Counted from the stretch's first letter, positions 18,274 to 26,996 are shown. The stretch: 41,455 bases of DNA from a virus (IMGVR_UViG_3300048858_000134:1-41455), one strand, 5' to 3'. The notes: generated from the letters alone by a model not told the origin. Made by a program: numbers and translations.

Positions 18274-19368
18274 TTACGCGGTGATGCCGCGGGAACGGTA
18301 GAAGTCGACGGCCGTGTTCCGGTCGATCGCACGCAAACGGAGCACATCCGCGGGGGATGTTGCTGCAGGGAAGTCGAGGTAGCCGGCGTCGCGCAGCAGC
18401 GTCTTCCGCAAAGCGACGTTGTCGGTCATCGACACGATCGTCTCGGGCATCAAACGAGTGCGAGCAACGCCGCCATTCGCCTTCGTGAACGCACCCCGCC
18501 GCGACTTGCCCTCGGAGGTGACGTACCCGAAGATCGGTGACCCATCAGCGCGCTTCCCGATACGGGTCTTCTGCAGCCGCTGAATCCCGTTCGGGGACAA
18601 CGCCTTCGCAGTTGAAACACCGCGCCGGGACGACACCACCGAGATAGGGTCAGCGCCAGCACGGATCGCTTCAGCGCCGCCCTTCGTGAAGATGCGGTCC
18701 TGCTCGGCCGGCGGCAACGAGTCGAAATAGTCCTCGGGGCTATCGATCAGCGACGCATCCGTTCGCCCCGTGTCCAACACAGGAGCGGACGTACACCGGC
18801 ACGCGGGATGACGTTTGAACGCCGTCCGGTAATCGGACTTCCCCGCAAGGATTGCGCACCTCGAGCAAGCCCCCGGATTGATGACACGCACATACCGCGT
18901 GAAGCCCTTCGCCGTCGCCGCCGCCAGATCCGAGGACCTGCCCAGATCAGCCAATGCCGTCTTCACCATCGCCGCGAGATAAGCGCCACCAGACAGAAAC
19001 GCCTCAGCAACACCCATCCCAGCGCCGATCGCCTGCTTCGTCGTCGTTACCGACCCGTGCAGCAGACCCTCGAGCTCACGACCCGACCCGTCAACACCCG
19101 AGAACGCCTCCGGGACAACACGATCCGACCCCGAAACCCCATACTCCGCAGCAACCGCAGCGACATACCGGTTCGAGTCCTTCGCATTCGCAACCTGCGC
19201 GGCCGACGCCAACTCAGTGATCAAGGGGCCCTGGACCAACCATGACCCATCCAAATCAGCCACATCAACACGCCCCCACAACCGCAAAGCGGCCGCAGAA
19301 GCAGCATCCGACCGACTAATAGTGCGCGCCTGATGCTCCAACGCAATCGAAGCCTCAGACACGACCAC
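18274..19368 (-). CDS. Head morphogenesis / MuF-like minor capsid or maturation protein
   Basis: YVRV..ACSRCAILAG..FKRHPACRC; between portal and scaffold. Confidence 0.7.
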   Translation of the reverse strand: MVVSEASIALEHQARTISRSDAASAAALRLWGRVDVADLDGSWLVQGPLITELASAAQVANAKDSNRYVAAVAAEYGVSGSDRVVPEAFSGVDGSGRELEGLLHGSVTTTKQAIGAGMGVAEAFLSGGAYLAAMVKTALADLGRSSDLAAATAKGFTRYVRVINPGACSRCAILAGKSDYRTAFKRHPACRCTSAPVLDTGRTDASLIDSPEDYFDSLPPAEQDRIFTKGGAEAIRAGADPISVVSSRRGVSTAKALSPNGIQRLQKTRIGKRADGSPIFGYVTSEGKSRRGAFTKANGGVARTRLMPETIVSMTDNVALRKTLLRDAGYLDFPAATSPADVLRLRAIDRNTAVDFYRSRGITA

Positions 19369-19370
19369 TC

Positions 19371-20717
19371 CTACGGGTTATCCAGCGCGTTCTGAACACC
19401 AAACGACAACGCGGCAGCCGAATCAGCCTGCCGACGGGTTCGCATCTGTGAAATTGCCGCCGGCGTCTCGCCCATCCGCTCCTGCGCCGTCTCCCAATCC
19501 ACAAGACCCGCCTGATACCGCTTCACAACAGCGTCAGTGACCTGCGCGACCGTCGGCGTACCCGGATCCCGCCAGATCGTCTCCATGCGACGAGCATCCT
19601 CAGACCACTCACCATCACGGAACCGCAGAACAAGGCGCTGAACCGACTCCCACGCATGACCGAACGTCGTCTGAACACGCTCAGCGCGCTTAATGAGACG
19701 AGTCTCACCGGCGCGTTGGCCGTCGGCCGACGGCGGGTTCTCCGTGTTCAAGCCGAAGTATTCAACCGGAAGCCCTGAAACCCCGGACGCCTGACGGGCG
19801 TACAGGTTCATCGCCGTATCCCAATTGGACATGTCAGCCGCATCGAATTGGAACGTTTTCGCGTTCGCGTTCGACATCGCCCACACCGAACCGAAGTACG
19901 CTTCCCACGCCGACAGCGGGTTCCCCTCGGCGTCAACGAAATCGCCCTTGGTCGCACCGAGAACGCCGCGCTGCGGAGCGGCCATCGTCTCCTGCACCAA
20001 CTGCAGGCCCGTCAACGCACGAGACGCGGACTCGGCAATGGGAATGACCCGAGCCATCTCCGAAACGCCCTCAAGGACCGACCCGGTACGCCTCGTAGGA
20101 CGCACCCTGTTCACCAGAGGCACAACGGGAACAGTCCCCAGATTGTGCTCATCCGGCTCGAACTCGTTCACCCAATCAGAACCATCACGCTTCAACCACA
20201 GCGTCTTGTTCGGCAAGTAGAACGTCGCCCTCTGCGTCTGCCCATTGACCTCGTCATACAGCCTCAGGGCCGCGGACACCCGGTGGGTGCGAGGGTCGCG
20301 AACTGCGACCATCTCTTTCGGAGACTCGATCGTGATCAGCGGGTAACGCCGATCCGCCTCGTTCGTCCCCACACACACATAAGAGCGCGCCAAAGCCAAC
20401 GCATCCGTGTGAGCGAACGTCTGCCGCTCATCCATGTTGTTGTACTGCCACACGTCATACAACGACGTATCCGCCGCCTCGCCGGGAAGACGAAAACCCG
20501 TCACATCCAGACGCTGCTCAAGCGAATCAACCACAGTCGACGGCCACGAAAGCCACACCGTGAACTGCTCAAGCTCACGCGGAATCGACAGACCAAGCTG
20601 CTTCAGCCGCTCCAAACCCTCATACACATCATTCAGACGATTCGTCTCGATCAACGAATTCGAAAGAGTCGCCTCAAGATTCTTCAGAACAGACTGCTCG
20701 GTGACGGAAAGCGCCAT
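19371..20717 (-). CDS. Portal protein (SPP1 gp6-like)
   Basis: EHNLGTVPVVPLVNR, GVSEM, NPPSADG, IWRDP; follows terminase. Confidence 0.9.
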   Translation of the reverse strand: MALSVTEQSVLKNLEATLSNSLIETNRLNDVYEGLERLKQLGLSIPRELEQFTVWLSWPSTVVDSLEQRLDVTGFRLPGEAADTSLYDVWQYNNMDERQTFAHTDALALARSYVCVGTNEADRRYPLITIESPKEMVAVRDPRTHRVSAALRLYDEVNGQTQRATFYLPNKTLWLKRDGSDWVNEFEPDEHNLGTVPVVPLVNRVRPTRRTGSVLEGVSEMARVIPIAESASRALTGLQLVQETMAAPQRGVLGATKGDFVDAEGNPLSAWEAYFGSVWAMSNANAKTFQFDAADMSNWDTAMNLYARQASGVSGLPVEYFGLNTENPPSADGQRAGETRLIKRAERVQTTFGHAWESVQRLVLRFRDGEWSEDARRMETIWRDPGTPTVAQVTDAVVKRYQAGLVDWETAQERMGETPAAISQMRTRRQADSAAALSFGVQNALDNP

Positions 20718-20740
20718 ACGACCCCACTCCAATCACCGGA

Positions 20741-22339
20741 CTAACGAAAAACCACGACCGTCGAGTCGATAGGTTCGGGTTTGCTGTAACCCGCAGCGAG
20801 AGCGTCACTCGCCGCTTCGTGGGCGAGCACTGAACTCATTGCGAGGTCGATCTTCTGCGTCTCAGACGCCTTGAAGATCAAATAGGACGGGTACGGGGCC
20901 CGGGGCACTTCAATGGCGTTCCTCACGTGCGTCTGCACCAAAGGATTACCGTCGTGCGTAAAGGTGGACGACTCCAACATGACGTCGGTCTTCATTCGCT
21001 CAAGCGCCGCGTGCATCTGCTTGGGGCGATACGTTTCCCACCGGAACACACGCCCGGGGTAACGCGCCTCGAGCGCATCAATCTCCGACTGCCAATACGG
21101 CGGGTCGCAGTACGCCCGAGCAACGTCATACCGCTCGAAGAGTTCCTCAAACGCTGCCATCACTTCCAAGCGGGGCACGCGCCCGTTGTGATCGCGCGGG
21201 TCCCAAATGGTTGGCCGGTTGTTGTGATACCGAGGAGTGAATTGGAAACCATCGAGTGTTTCCGCCCGAATACCGGTCCAGTCGTCCACATCGGAACCAT
21301 CGAATCCGAGCACGATAGTGGTGCCGAAATCAACTTCTCGAGGCGCGGCCTTGCTGTCCCATGCCGCCGCATCCATCCACGCGCCCGAGCCGGCAACGAT
21401 CCTGTTACCGAAGAAGCGTTCCGCTTCAGCCCGATCCTTCTGAATCAGCTCCGCAGCTTCCGCCTCAACAGCCGCAATCGACACCCACGGGGCACCCCGA
21501 TAGTTGAACTGGAAAATCTTGTGCCGGTCGCGCTTGTCACCAAACGAAAGATTGGCCGGCGGCGTACGGAAGTCCTTGTTGATATCCGAAGACGCCGACT
21601 CGTAAGTCCGCTGCGCAACTGAATCCTGAGCCGGATCCCAGGCGTTCGTCGTCTCGATCGCCCGGCCACCCATACCCGCCAAACCACGACGCTGCGTGGA
21701 AGCGAGTTTGTGACCGCCGTTCGCCTTCACCCATAGACCAGTCTCGTCCTGAGGTGCGAAAGTCACACGCTGACCCAACCGCGAATTAGCCTTCGACGTC
21801 ACAACATCAATGCGGCCACCACCAGGAAGACGAATGAACTCCTCACCCGTGTGAGGGATCAGTTCCGCCAGAGGACCGTACTCGATCATCGGACGCAACG
21901 CGTCATATGTGTTATCCGTCTGATCTTCCGACGTCGCCGTGATCTGGATAAGCGGCGTAGCCCACGGACGCCCCATCGGCTCGCCCGGCAGGTACTCGTA
22001 CACCCATCCGCAACCGCAACCGTGGTCGCGGCAGTCGTACAGTTCCCCGCCACGCGCGAATCCGGCGAACAAAACCGGACCGACGCCCTCGACGCAGACG
22101 AAGGCACCAATCAGCGGGGACTTGCCCCACTTCTGTGCGCGCACCAACTGAGAACGACGATAAACGAACGCGTCTGCCTTCTGACCCGGCTTAGCCGTCG
22201 ACTTCACCGTGTAATGAGCGCCCATGAACGCCAGTTGCTCATCACCCAACACGAACGGGCGACCCCGATCGTCGCCGTCCGGGATAACGCAATGCGCCTC
22301 GACCCATTCGACAACAACAGACATCGGCTCATTCGCCAT
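20741..22339 (-). CDS. terL: Terminase large subunit
   Basis: Walker A-like RAQKWGKS, Walker B QDE, nuclease LGFDGS and KIDLAM. Confidence 0.92.
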   Translation of the reverse strand: MANEPMSVVVEWVEAHCVIPDGDDRGRPFVLGDEQLAFMGAHYTVKSTAKPGQKADAFVYRRSQLVRAQKWGKSPLIGAFVCVEGVGPVLFAGFARGGELYDCRDHGCGCGWVYEYLPGEPMGRPWATPLIQITATSEDQTDNTYDALRPMIEYGPLAELIPHTGEEFIRLPGGGRIDVVTSKANSRLGQRVTFAPQDETGLWVKANGGHKLASTQRRGLAGMGGRAIETTNAWDPAQDSVAQRTYESASSDINKDFRTPPANLSFGDKRDRHKIFQFNYRGAPWVSIAAVEAEAAELIQKDRAEAERFFGNRIVAGSGAWMDAAAWDSKAAPREVDFGTTIVLGFDGSDVDDWTGIRAETLDGFQFTPRYHNNRPTIWDPRDHNGRVPRLEVMAAFEELFERYDVARAYCDPPYWQSEIDALEARYPGRVFRWETYRPKQMHAALERMKTDVMLESSTFTHDGNPLVQTHVRNAIEVPRAPYPSYLIFKASETQKIDLAMSSVLAHEAASDALAAGYSKPEPIDSTVVVFR

Positions 22340-22787
22340 TGACGGCCTTCAACCTCGCGCGCGCCGAAGACTTCACCGGCTTCGGTGCAGCCTGCCGCCG
22401 AGCCGAAACCTCATCCTCAGCGAACTTCCACCGCAACGAATGCATACCAGGGAGCGACAAACCAATCTCAGCACCCATCCGCAACACAGCAGTCTTCAAG
22501 CCGGCAGAAGCCTCGAGCTCAACGGATTCAAGGTAGGCGCGCACATATGCGGCGACCTCATACTCCATACCCAACTTCGCCCACATAGCCGCCTGCGGCT
22601 TACGCCACAGAGCAGCCCACAAGTCAGACTCCGCAGACATCGCACCAGGAAGAGGAATGGGTGGAATAACTCCGGCGTAGCCCTCGACCGGCAATGTCAC
22701 CCAGCCGGCGTCTCCGTTCCGATCGCGGCGGAGAGCCTGAGGGTCAGGGGCGGGACCAGAACTAGTGCGCGCACCACCTCGAGCCAC
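22329..22787 (-). CDS. terS: Terminase small subunit
   Basis: RGGARTSSGPAPDP, LWRKPQA, IGLSLPG; overlaps terL start; GTG at 22787 chosen. Confidence 0.8.
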   Translation of the reverse strand: MARGGARTSSGPAPDPQALRRDRNGDAGWVTLPVEGYAGVIPPIPLPGAMSAESDLWAALWRKPQAAMWAKLGMEYEVAAYVRAYLESVELEASAGLKTAVLRMGAEIGLSLPGMHSLRWKFAEDEVSARRQAAPKPVKSSARARLKAVNGE

Positions 22788-22799
22788 CCCAACCACCCC

Positions 22800-22888
22800 C
22801 CTCGGAAACGTTTTGAACCTGGCAGACCTTTTATTCCCCACCCCGGCGGTACAGGGCATGTGCGTGGAGTGAGGCCCTCCCCCCACCG
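22800..22888 (-). other. Candidate cos (packaging) region
   Basis: Non-coding gap between HNH and terS with G-runs and ACCGCCGGGGTGGGG. Confidence 0.45.
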
Positions 22889-23242
22889 TCAGATGCCCCG
22901 GTGCCACCCGCCGGGTTGTTGAGCCGACGTCTCTTGGTCGTGGCATGCCTTGCACAGCCCTCGGCCGTACTGCGGCGCATCTGGGTCTAGGTGTAGGGCT
23001 TGTAGCTCCTTGCGAGAGCGTGGGTGGTGGTCAGCGACCGTTGCTATGGCCTGGTTACAGCGGACACAGATGATGTCGCGTTGGAGAACTGCATCGCGAA
23101 AGCGTTGATGTCCCGCGCCGGTGTATCCACGTTGATGCGCTGTGCCTCGTGCCCTGTCCGCTTGTGCCCGATGCGTGAGACATCGGGTGCCTTGCTCGCG
23201 AGGGTAGGTGACGGGGCATCCGGGTACTGAGCAGACACGCAT
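22889..23242 (-). CDS. HNH endonuclease, packaging cofactor type
   Basis: CSVPGC, RGY, VLQRDIICVRC..ATVADH..GLCKACH; upstream of terS. Confidence 0.85.
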   Translation of the reverse strand: MRVCSVPGCPVTYPREQGTRCLTHRAQADRARGTAHQRGYTGAGHQRFRDAVLQRDIICVRCNQAIATVADHHPRSRKELQALHLDPDAPQYGRGLCKACHDQETSAQQPGGWHRGI

Positions 23243-23245
23243 GCG

Positions 23246-23368
23246 CTACTCCTCGTAGGTGTCCCATGGTGCGCTGCGGTCATACCACGCGTTACAGCAG
23301 TACAGGAGCACATCCTCTGCGTACGTGGTGCCGCACTTGACGCACGTGTTAGTTGTTGCCGAGCTCAT
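23246..23368 (-). CDS. Cys-rich microprotein (40 aa), not in ORF track
   Basis: Hand translation MSSATTNTCVKCGTTYAEDVLLYCCNAWYD... Confidence 0.45.
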   Translation of the reverse strand: MSSATTNTCVKCGTTYAEDVLLYCCNAWYDRSAPWDTYEE

Positions 23369-23462
23369 AGCGTCGGTCTGTTTCACGGTCGCAGCAGAGT
23401 AGGGCTGCTTTGATGGAGGGGAACTGTGACCCGCAGTCTTCGCACTCGAACTGCTCAGCCAT
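23349..23462 (-). CDS. Cys-rich microprotein (37 aa)
   Basis: MAEQFECEDCGSQFPSIKAALLCCD; GAGG upstream. Confidence 0.5.
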   Translation of the reverse strand: MAEQFECEDCGSQFPSIKAALLCCDRETDRRYELGNN

Positions 23463-23700
23463 CAGTTGCCTCGCTGTCGCGCGGTTCGCGGTGGAACCTC
23501 GGAATGGTGATGCGGTTGGTGATGTGCTCGCGTGTGATGACGATGCCGAAACCGCGGAAGATGATGGGTCGCACGTGCAGCTTCCACATTCCTTGCCACG
23601 ATTCGGGTTCGTATCCGAGGGCAACGAGGAGGTCGTACTCTTCGGGCACAACGTCCGGTTGATCCCGCAAGATCTGATCCCTCAACCGCTTCGCGTCCAT
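23455..23700 (-). CDS. Hypothetical protein
   Basis: TAATG coupling with upstream ORF. Confidence 0.55.
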   Translation of the reverse strand: MDAKRLRDQILRDQPDVVPEEYDLLVALGYEPESWQGMWKLHVRPIIFRGFGIVITREHITNRITIPRFHREPRDSEATDG

Positions 23701-23855
23701 TAGTCGCCGGCTTCCTGCGCGTTGAGCATCCACGCACCCTCGTCATCGAACGCCGGCTTAGTCCACACGGGGCGGAACAAGAGGCGACCGGACGTGACTA
23801 CCTCGACGTCGTCATGCATCTGACGGAGCAGTGTTCGCCCGAGAGTCTCAGTCAT
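23700..23855 (-). CDS. Hypothetical protein (51 aa), not in ORF track
   Basis: Hand translation MTETLGRTLLRQMHDD...; fills the gap with overlaps at both ends. Confidence 0.5.
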   Translation of the reverse strand: MTETLGRTLLRQMHDDVEVVTSGRLLFRPVWTKPAFDDEGAWMLNAQEAGD

Positions 23856-24123
23856 CGTCTTCATCCGTCGTGTAGTACGACACCATCGCTGTCGTGTCGG
23901 CTTTGATGTAGTCGCGTCCTTGTTCGATGAGGCCGCGTGTGATGAAGTCGCGTTGGTTCTCGGCGGTGATGATCTCGAGTTCTTCGAGTGTCATCGTTTC
24001 GGGATCCGTTGTGACTGCGATGAGGACGTACGCGACCACTGGCCAGCGTTCATCGTCACCGGTTGTCTGCTCTGCGAGCAGGTCAGCTAACGCGTCATCG
24101 AACTCTTCACGCCTAGACATCAC
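23848..24123 (-). CDS. Acidic hypothetical protein
   Basis: GGAG RBS, operon packing. Confidence 0.65.
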   Translation of the reverse strand: MMSRREEFDDALADLLAEQTTGDDERWPVVAYVLIAVTTDPETMTLEELEIITAENQRDFITRGLIEQGRDYIKADTTAMVSYYTTDEDDD

Positions 24124-24129
24124 TGCTCC

Positions 24130-25239
24130 CTAAACGAGCCGAAGGTCGGTGAGCTCACCGTCACGAGTGACATAAGTGAGCCCACCACGGCGACCGGATG
24201 AACCGTTCGCCAACCAAAGAGAACCGCCGTCATAGGCGGGCGACGCGATTACGGTCCTGTTCGCTGTAGAACGAATAGACCACTCGTGCGTGTGACCGTG
24301 AACCAAGAACTGCGCAGCGGACACGTTAGTGCCGTTGAGAGCCTGGTTAGCTATCCAGTCCATTGCTTTATCGCGTCGCCACTGATGCCCATGAGCGACA
24401 GTGAACACAGATGACCCGACCGGCACCGTCATGTATGACTGGTCCTTGGGGGGAACCCTGACCTTGACATGCCCGAAGGCTGATTGGTTCAGCTTCAACG
24501 CATCGTCGATCGCGATTGCCTGTTCGGTGGCGTGCCCGTCATCTGGTCTTGTCTCCTGGAACCGTTGCGCCTGGTCATGGTTGCCATTTACAACGTCGAG
24601 GAGAAGTTCGTCGGTGAGCGGTGCGAACCGTTCTACCGTGTGGAGCATGAGGCGGCGGAAGAGCCGCATTTGCTCGGTGATTGTCAGTTCGGTGCGCCAC
24701 ATGTTGCGGCCGTTTTGGCTGACGTTGCCTTCGATGCAGTCGCCGGGGAAGGTGACGTGTATGAGGCCGATGCTGCGTCGTTTGCGGAGTGCCTTGTATT
24801 CGGTGACCGCGATGTCGATGGAGTCGAGGAACCGGGCGACTGTGCCTTCGGTTCCGTCCCCGTCGACCTTGCCGATCTGAAGATCGGATGCTTGGAAGGT
24901 GAAGGCGGCGGGGCCGCCCTCTTGGGGCTTGTGGGCCTTATGCCGGCCGATCAGTCCCGTGAGGTCGGTGGTGCGTTCGTGATGGATGGGTTCGATGTTG
25001 AACCGGTACGACGACAACCAACGCTCATCGTAGGTCTGCCACTTGCTGACCCGCGGCGCACCGACGATACGAACCTCGGCCGGGTTGTACCCGAAGAGCT
25101 CGAGGATCTCGCTGTGCGACTTCGGTGCTTCCGCGAGCGGACCGGTCTGGATGAACCCGGATTGCCCGTCGAACTCTGTGCGCGGGCGGTACTGGGTTTC
25201 CTTCGCGGTGGGCTGGGAAAGCTGGTCAGCGATTCCCAT
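24130..25239 (-). CDS. Calcineurin-like metallophosphoesterase
   Basis: SDLQIG, GDCIEG, GNHD, HGH, GHTH motifs. Confidence 0.85.
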   Translation of the reverse strand: MGIADQLSQPTAKETQYRPRTEFDGQSGFIQTGPLAEAPKSHSEILELFGYNPAEVRIVGAPRVSKWQTYDERWLSSYRFNIEPIHHERTTDLTGLIGRHKAHKPQEGGPAAFTFQASDLQIGKVDGDGTEGTVARFLDSIDIAVTEYKALRKRRSIGLIHVTFPGDCIEGNVSQNGRNMWRTELTITEQMRLFRRLMLHTVERFAPLTDELLLDVVNGNHDQAQRFQETRPDDGHATEQAIAIDDALKLNQSAFGHVKVRVPPKDQSYMTVPVGSSVFTVAHGHQWRRDKAMDWIANQALNGTNVSAAQFLVHGHTHEWSIRSTANRTVIASPAYDGGSLWLANGSSGRRGGLTYVTRDGELTDLRLV

Positions 25240-25447
25240 TGCGGTGCCGCCATTCCGTGAACTTCTCGTGCCCGACGGCTGCACCTTCAGCGCGTACGAC
25301 TCTGAGGAGGCTCGCGTTTGTGATGGTGGGGTCTGCTGCGGCGGCGAGGAGAGCGTTGCGGTCGACTTCGGGGAGGTTGTCTACCCATGTGTCGAACTTC
25401 GGTTTAACCGGTGTGAGTTCGGCGGCGATACGGTCAGCGAGACCCAC
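25226..25447 (-). CDS. Small hypothetical protein (possible HTH-like)
   Basis: GAGGAGG RBS before GTG; overlaps the phosphoesterase start. Confidence 0.7.
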   Translation of the reverse strand: MGLADRIAAELTPVKPKFDTWVDNLPEVDRNALLAAAADPTITNASLLRVVRAEGAAVGHEKFTEWRHRNGNR

Positions 25448-25768
25448 GGGTTTTCCTCCTCGAATACGCGAAAAGCCCCGTTGGCGGCCACGGGACAACA
25501 GCACGTATTCAGTTATGCCCCCGCGCAAGCCTCAGGCAGTCCGTAGACATCTGGGGCATGACGCCTCGCCGGCCAGGAAACTTCCCGACGGGTTACCCGC
25601 GTTGCGCGTGGGAGGGCTCAGGAGTCCCCGAAGGGCGAGTCAAGAGCCGCAACAAAACCCCCACCAGTCCCGGAGGATGGCGGGGAGTAATGACGGTCAC
25701 ATGGATCTCCGAGGAGTGAGGCGTTCCGCCACGTACATGTGTCCCGTCAGCGACTGATTAGGTCGCCG

Positions 25769-25841
25769 TGGCACCCGAAGGATTCGAACCTTCTGCCTCG
25801 CGATCTTCAATCGCGCGCTCATCCTCATGAGCTTGGGAGCC
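25769..25841 (-). tRNA. tRNA-Phe (GAA)
   Basis: Cloverleaf GGCTCCC/GGGTGCC, D GCTC/GAGC, anticodon CGCGA-TTGAAGA-TCGCG, T GAAGG-TTCGAAT-CCTTC; no encoded CCA. Confidence 0.8.
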
Positions 25842-26099
25842 GTGCACTGAGAAGCGGGCCTCGCGGCTCACTGAGCTAGTCCGACGCCGTCACATCGGAA
25901 CCCGCTCTCAGGCGGTACGACCGATTCGCTCAGCGGGTTCGGTACGCAACCCAACAAGACAACCACATCGAGGCTGGCCCTCATCGCGATCGTCGACCCT
26001 GCCCATGCATTGACATCCAGCGGGTCCGTTTGAGGGGCAGACTATTCCTTGCCGTCTGCCAGGGCTGGTGCCTTACTCGCGAACGAGCGGTACTCCGCG

Positions 26100-26173
26100 T
26101 GGCTCACCAGGGACTCGAACCCTGACTGACGCGATTTTGAATCGCGTGCCTCTACCGTTTGGGCTAGAGAGCC
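26100..26173 (-). tRNA. tRNA-Leu (CAA), short variable loop
   Basis: GGCTCTC/GTGAGCC, CGCGA-TTCAAAA-TCGCG, CAGGG-TTCGAGT-CCCTG. Confidence 0.85.
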
Positions 26174-26175
26174 GT

Positions 26176-26251
26176 TGGCAAAGGCGACAGGACTTGAACC
26201 TGCAACTTCCGGTTTTGGAGACCGGCGCTCTACCAGTTGAGCTACGCCAAT
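26176..26251 (-). tRNA. tRNA-Trp (CCA)
   Basis: TAGCTCAACTGGTAGAGC D arm, CCGGT-CTCCAAA-ACCGG, GGTTCAAGTCC, G73 and encoded CCA. Confidence 0.88.
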
Positions 26252-26396
26252 ATTGGTGGCCGGGTTCGTCCGTGGTTGCCGAGTGTCAGTCGACGTGCAC
26301 GGGCCTCAGCCAAGCGTGGGTGCCTAGTTTCACCGCCGGGCACAGCGGACAGGGACAGGCTTTTATCGACTTCGGCCCTGCTCGTGGTCGTACGAC

Positions 26397-26426
26397 GAAA
26401 GGCCCCAGCCGAAGCCGGGGCCTTTC
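26397..26426. terminator. Strong hairpin, intrinsic terminator-like
   Basis: GAAAGGCCCC-AGCCGAAGCC-GGGGCCTTTC, cUUCGg loop on the minus strand. Confidence 0.75.
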
Positions 26427-26459
26427 AAAGTCAGTGTCAGCGGGCATAGTCCTGCTGAG

Positions 26460-26500
26460 CACTATCAGGATACATCATTTTCGGTGGGTTCGCTATCAAT
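26460..26500 (-). promoter_or_regulatory. Candidate late promoter
   Basis: TATCCT -10 at 26472-26467 upstream of tRNA, packaging and structural genes. Confidence 0.4.
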
Positions 26501-26659
26501 CGTTGTGTGCGTGTCGATCGACCCTGAATCAACGGGTTCTGCGTCGTGTGCATGGTCGATCTCAACGTGACGCCACACGCGGGAAACGGTGAAGTACACC
26601 GGGTCCAGACAGGTTGCGCAGGGCGGAGGCGTCTCGCCGTCGATCATCCAATCGCTCAC
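26465..26659 (-). CDS. Hypothetical protein with CxxC
   Basis: GGAGG RBS, GTGA overlap. Confidence 0.55.
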   Translation of the reverse strand: MSDWMIDGETPPPCATCLDPVYFTVSRVWRHVEIDHAHDAEPVDSGSIDTHTTIDSEPTENDVS

Positions 26660-26682
26660 CGTGAACCTCCCGGCTTGCGGTC
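26656..26682. repeat. 27-bp gene-boundary repeat, copy 1 (copy 2 at 35712-35738)
   Basis: TCACCGTGAACCTCCCG-NNN-TGCGGTC, 24/27 identical. Confidence 0.8.
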
Positions 26683-26793
26683 GATCTCTTCACCGACCGC
26701 GTGGTCGTTTTCCGCCCCGCAGAAACAGTGATAGAACGCACGCGAGAAGTCAGCGCGGACGCGATGCGCATAGTGGTTCCATCGATCCCTCAT
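26656..26793 (-). CDS. Hypothetical protein (45 aa), not in ORF track
   Basis: ATGA and GTGA overlaps at both ends; GGAGG upstream. Confidence 0.5.
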   Translation of the reverse strand: MRDRWNHYAHRVRADFSRAFYHCFCGAENDHAVGEEIDRKPGGSR

Positions 26794-26996
26794 TGCGGGC
26801 CTCCTGATCTGCGGTTAGCTCGTCGGATCCGGAACCGATGGATGAGGTTCGGGTGCCGGTCGACGCTGCCGTCACACACCAAGCACTTGAAGTCCCAGTA
26901 CATCGGTCCGGGTATAGGCGCGTGTCCGTCGTCGATGCGAGGTACCGGCAGGGGGTGGAATGTGGCCTCGAGTTTGTCGTTGGCTCCCAACGTCAC
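26790..26996 (-). CDS. Hypothetical protein with CxxC
   Basis: GGAGG RBS, GTGA overlap. Confidence 0.55.
   Translation of the reverse strand: MTLGANDKLEATFHPLPVPRIDDGHAPIPGPMYWDFKCLVCDGSVDRHPNLIHRFRIRRANRRSGGPQ

Larger units (their letters stand above)
25448..26460 (-). ncRNA. Structured non-coding leader containing the tRNA cluster
   Basis: No credible ORF; many consecutive stems between and around the tRNAs. Confidence 0.45.

Noticed and set aside
25448-26460. Hammerhead or HDV-like ribozyme beside the tRNAs
   Set aside because: No CUGANGA/GAAA core or nested double pseudoknot found by eye; needs a covariance search
26068-26592. 174-aa plus-strand ORF
   Set aside because: Runs antisense across two tRNAs and a terminator; no protein features
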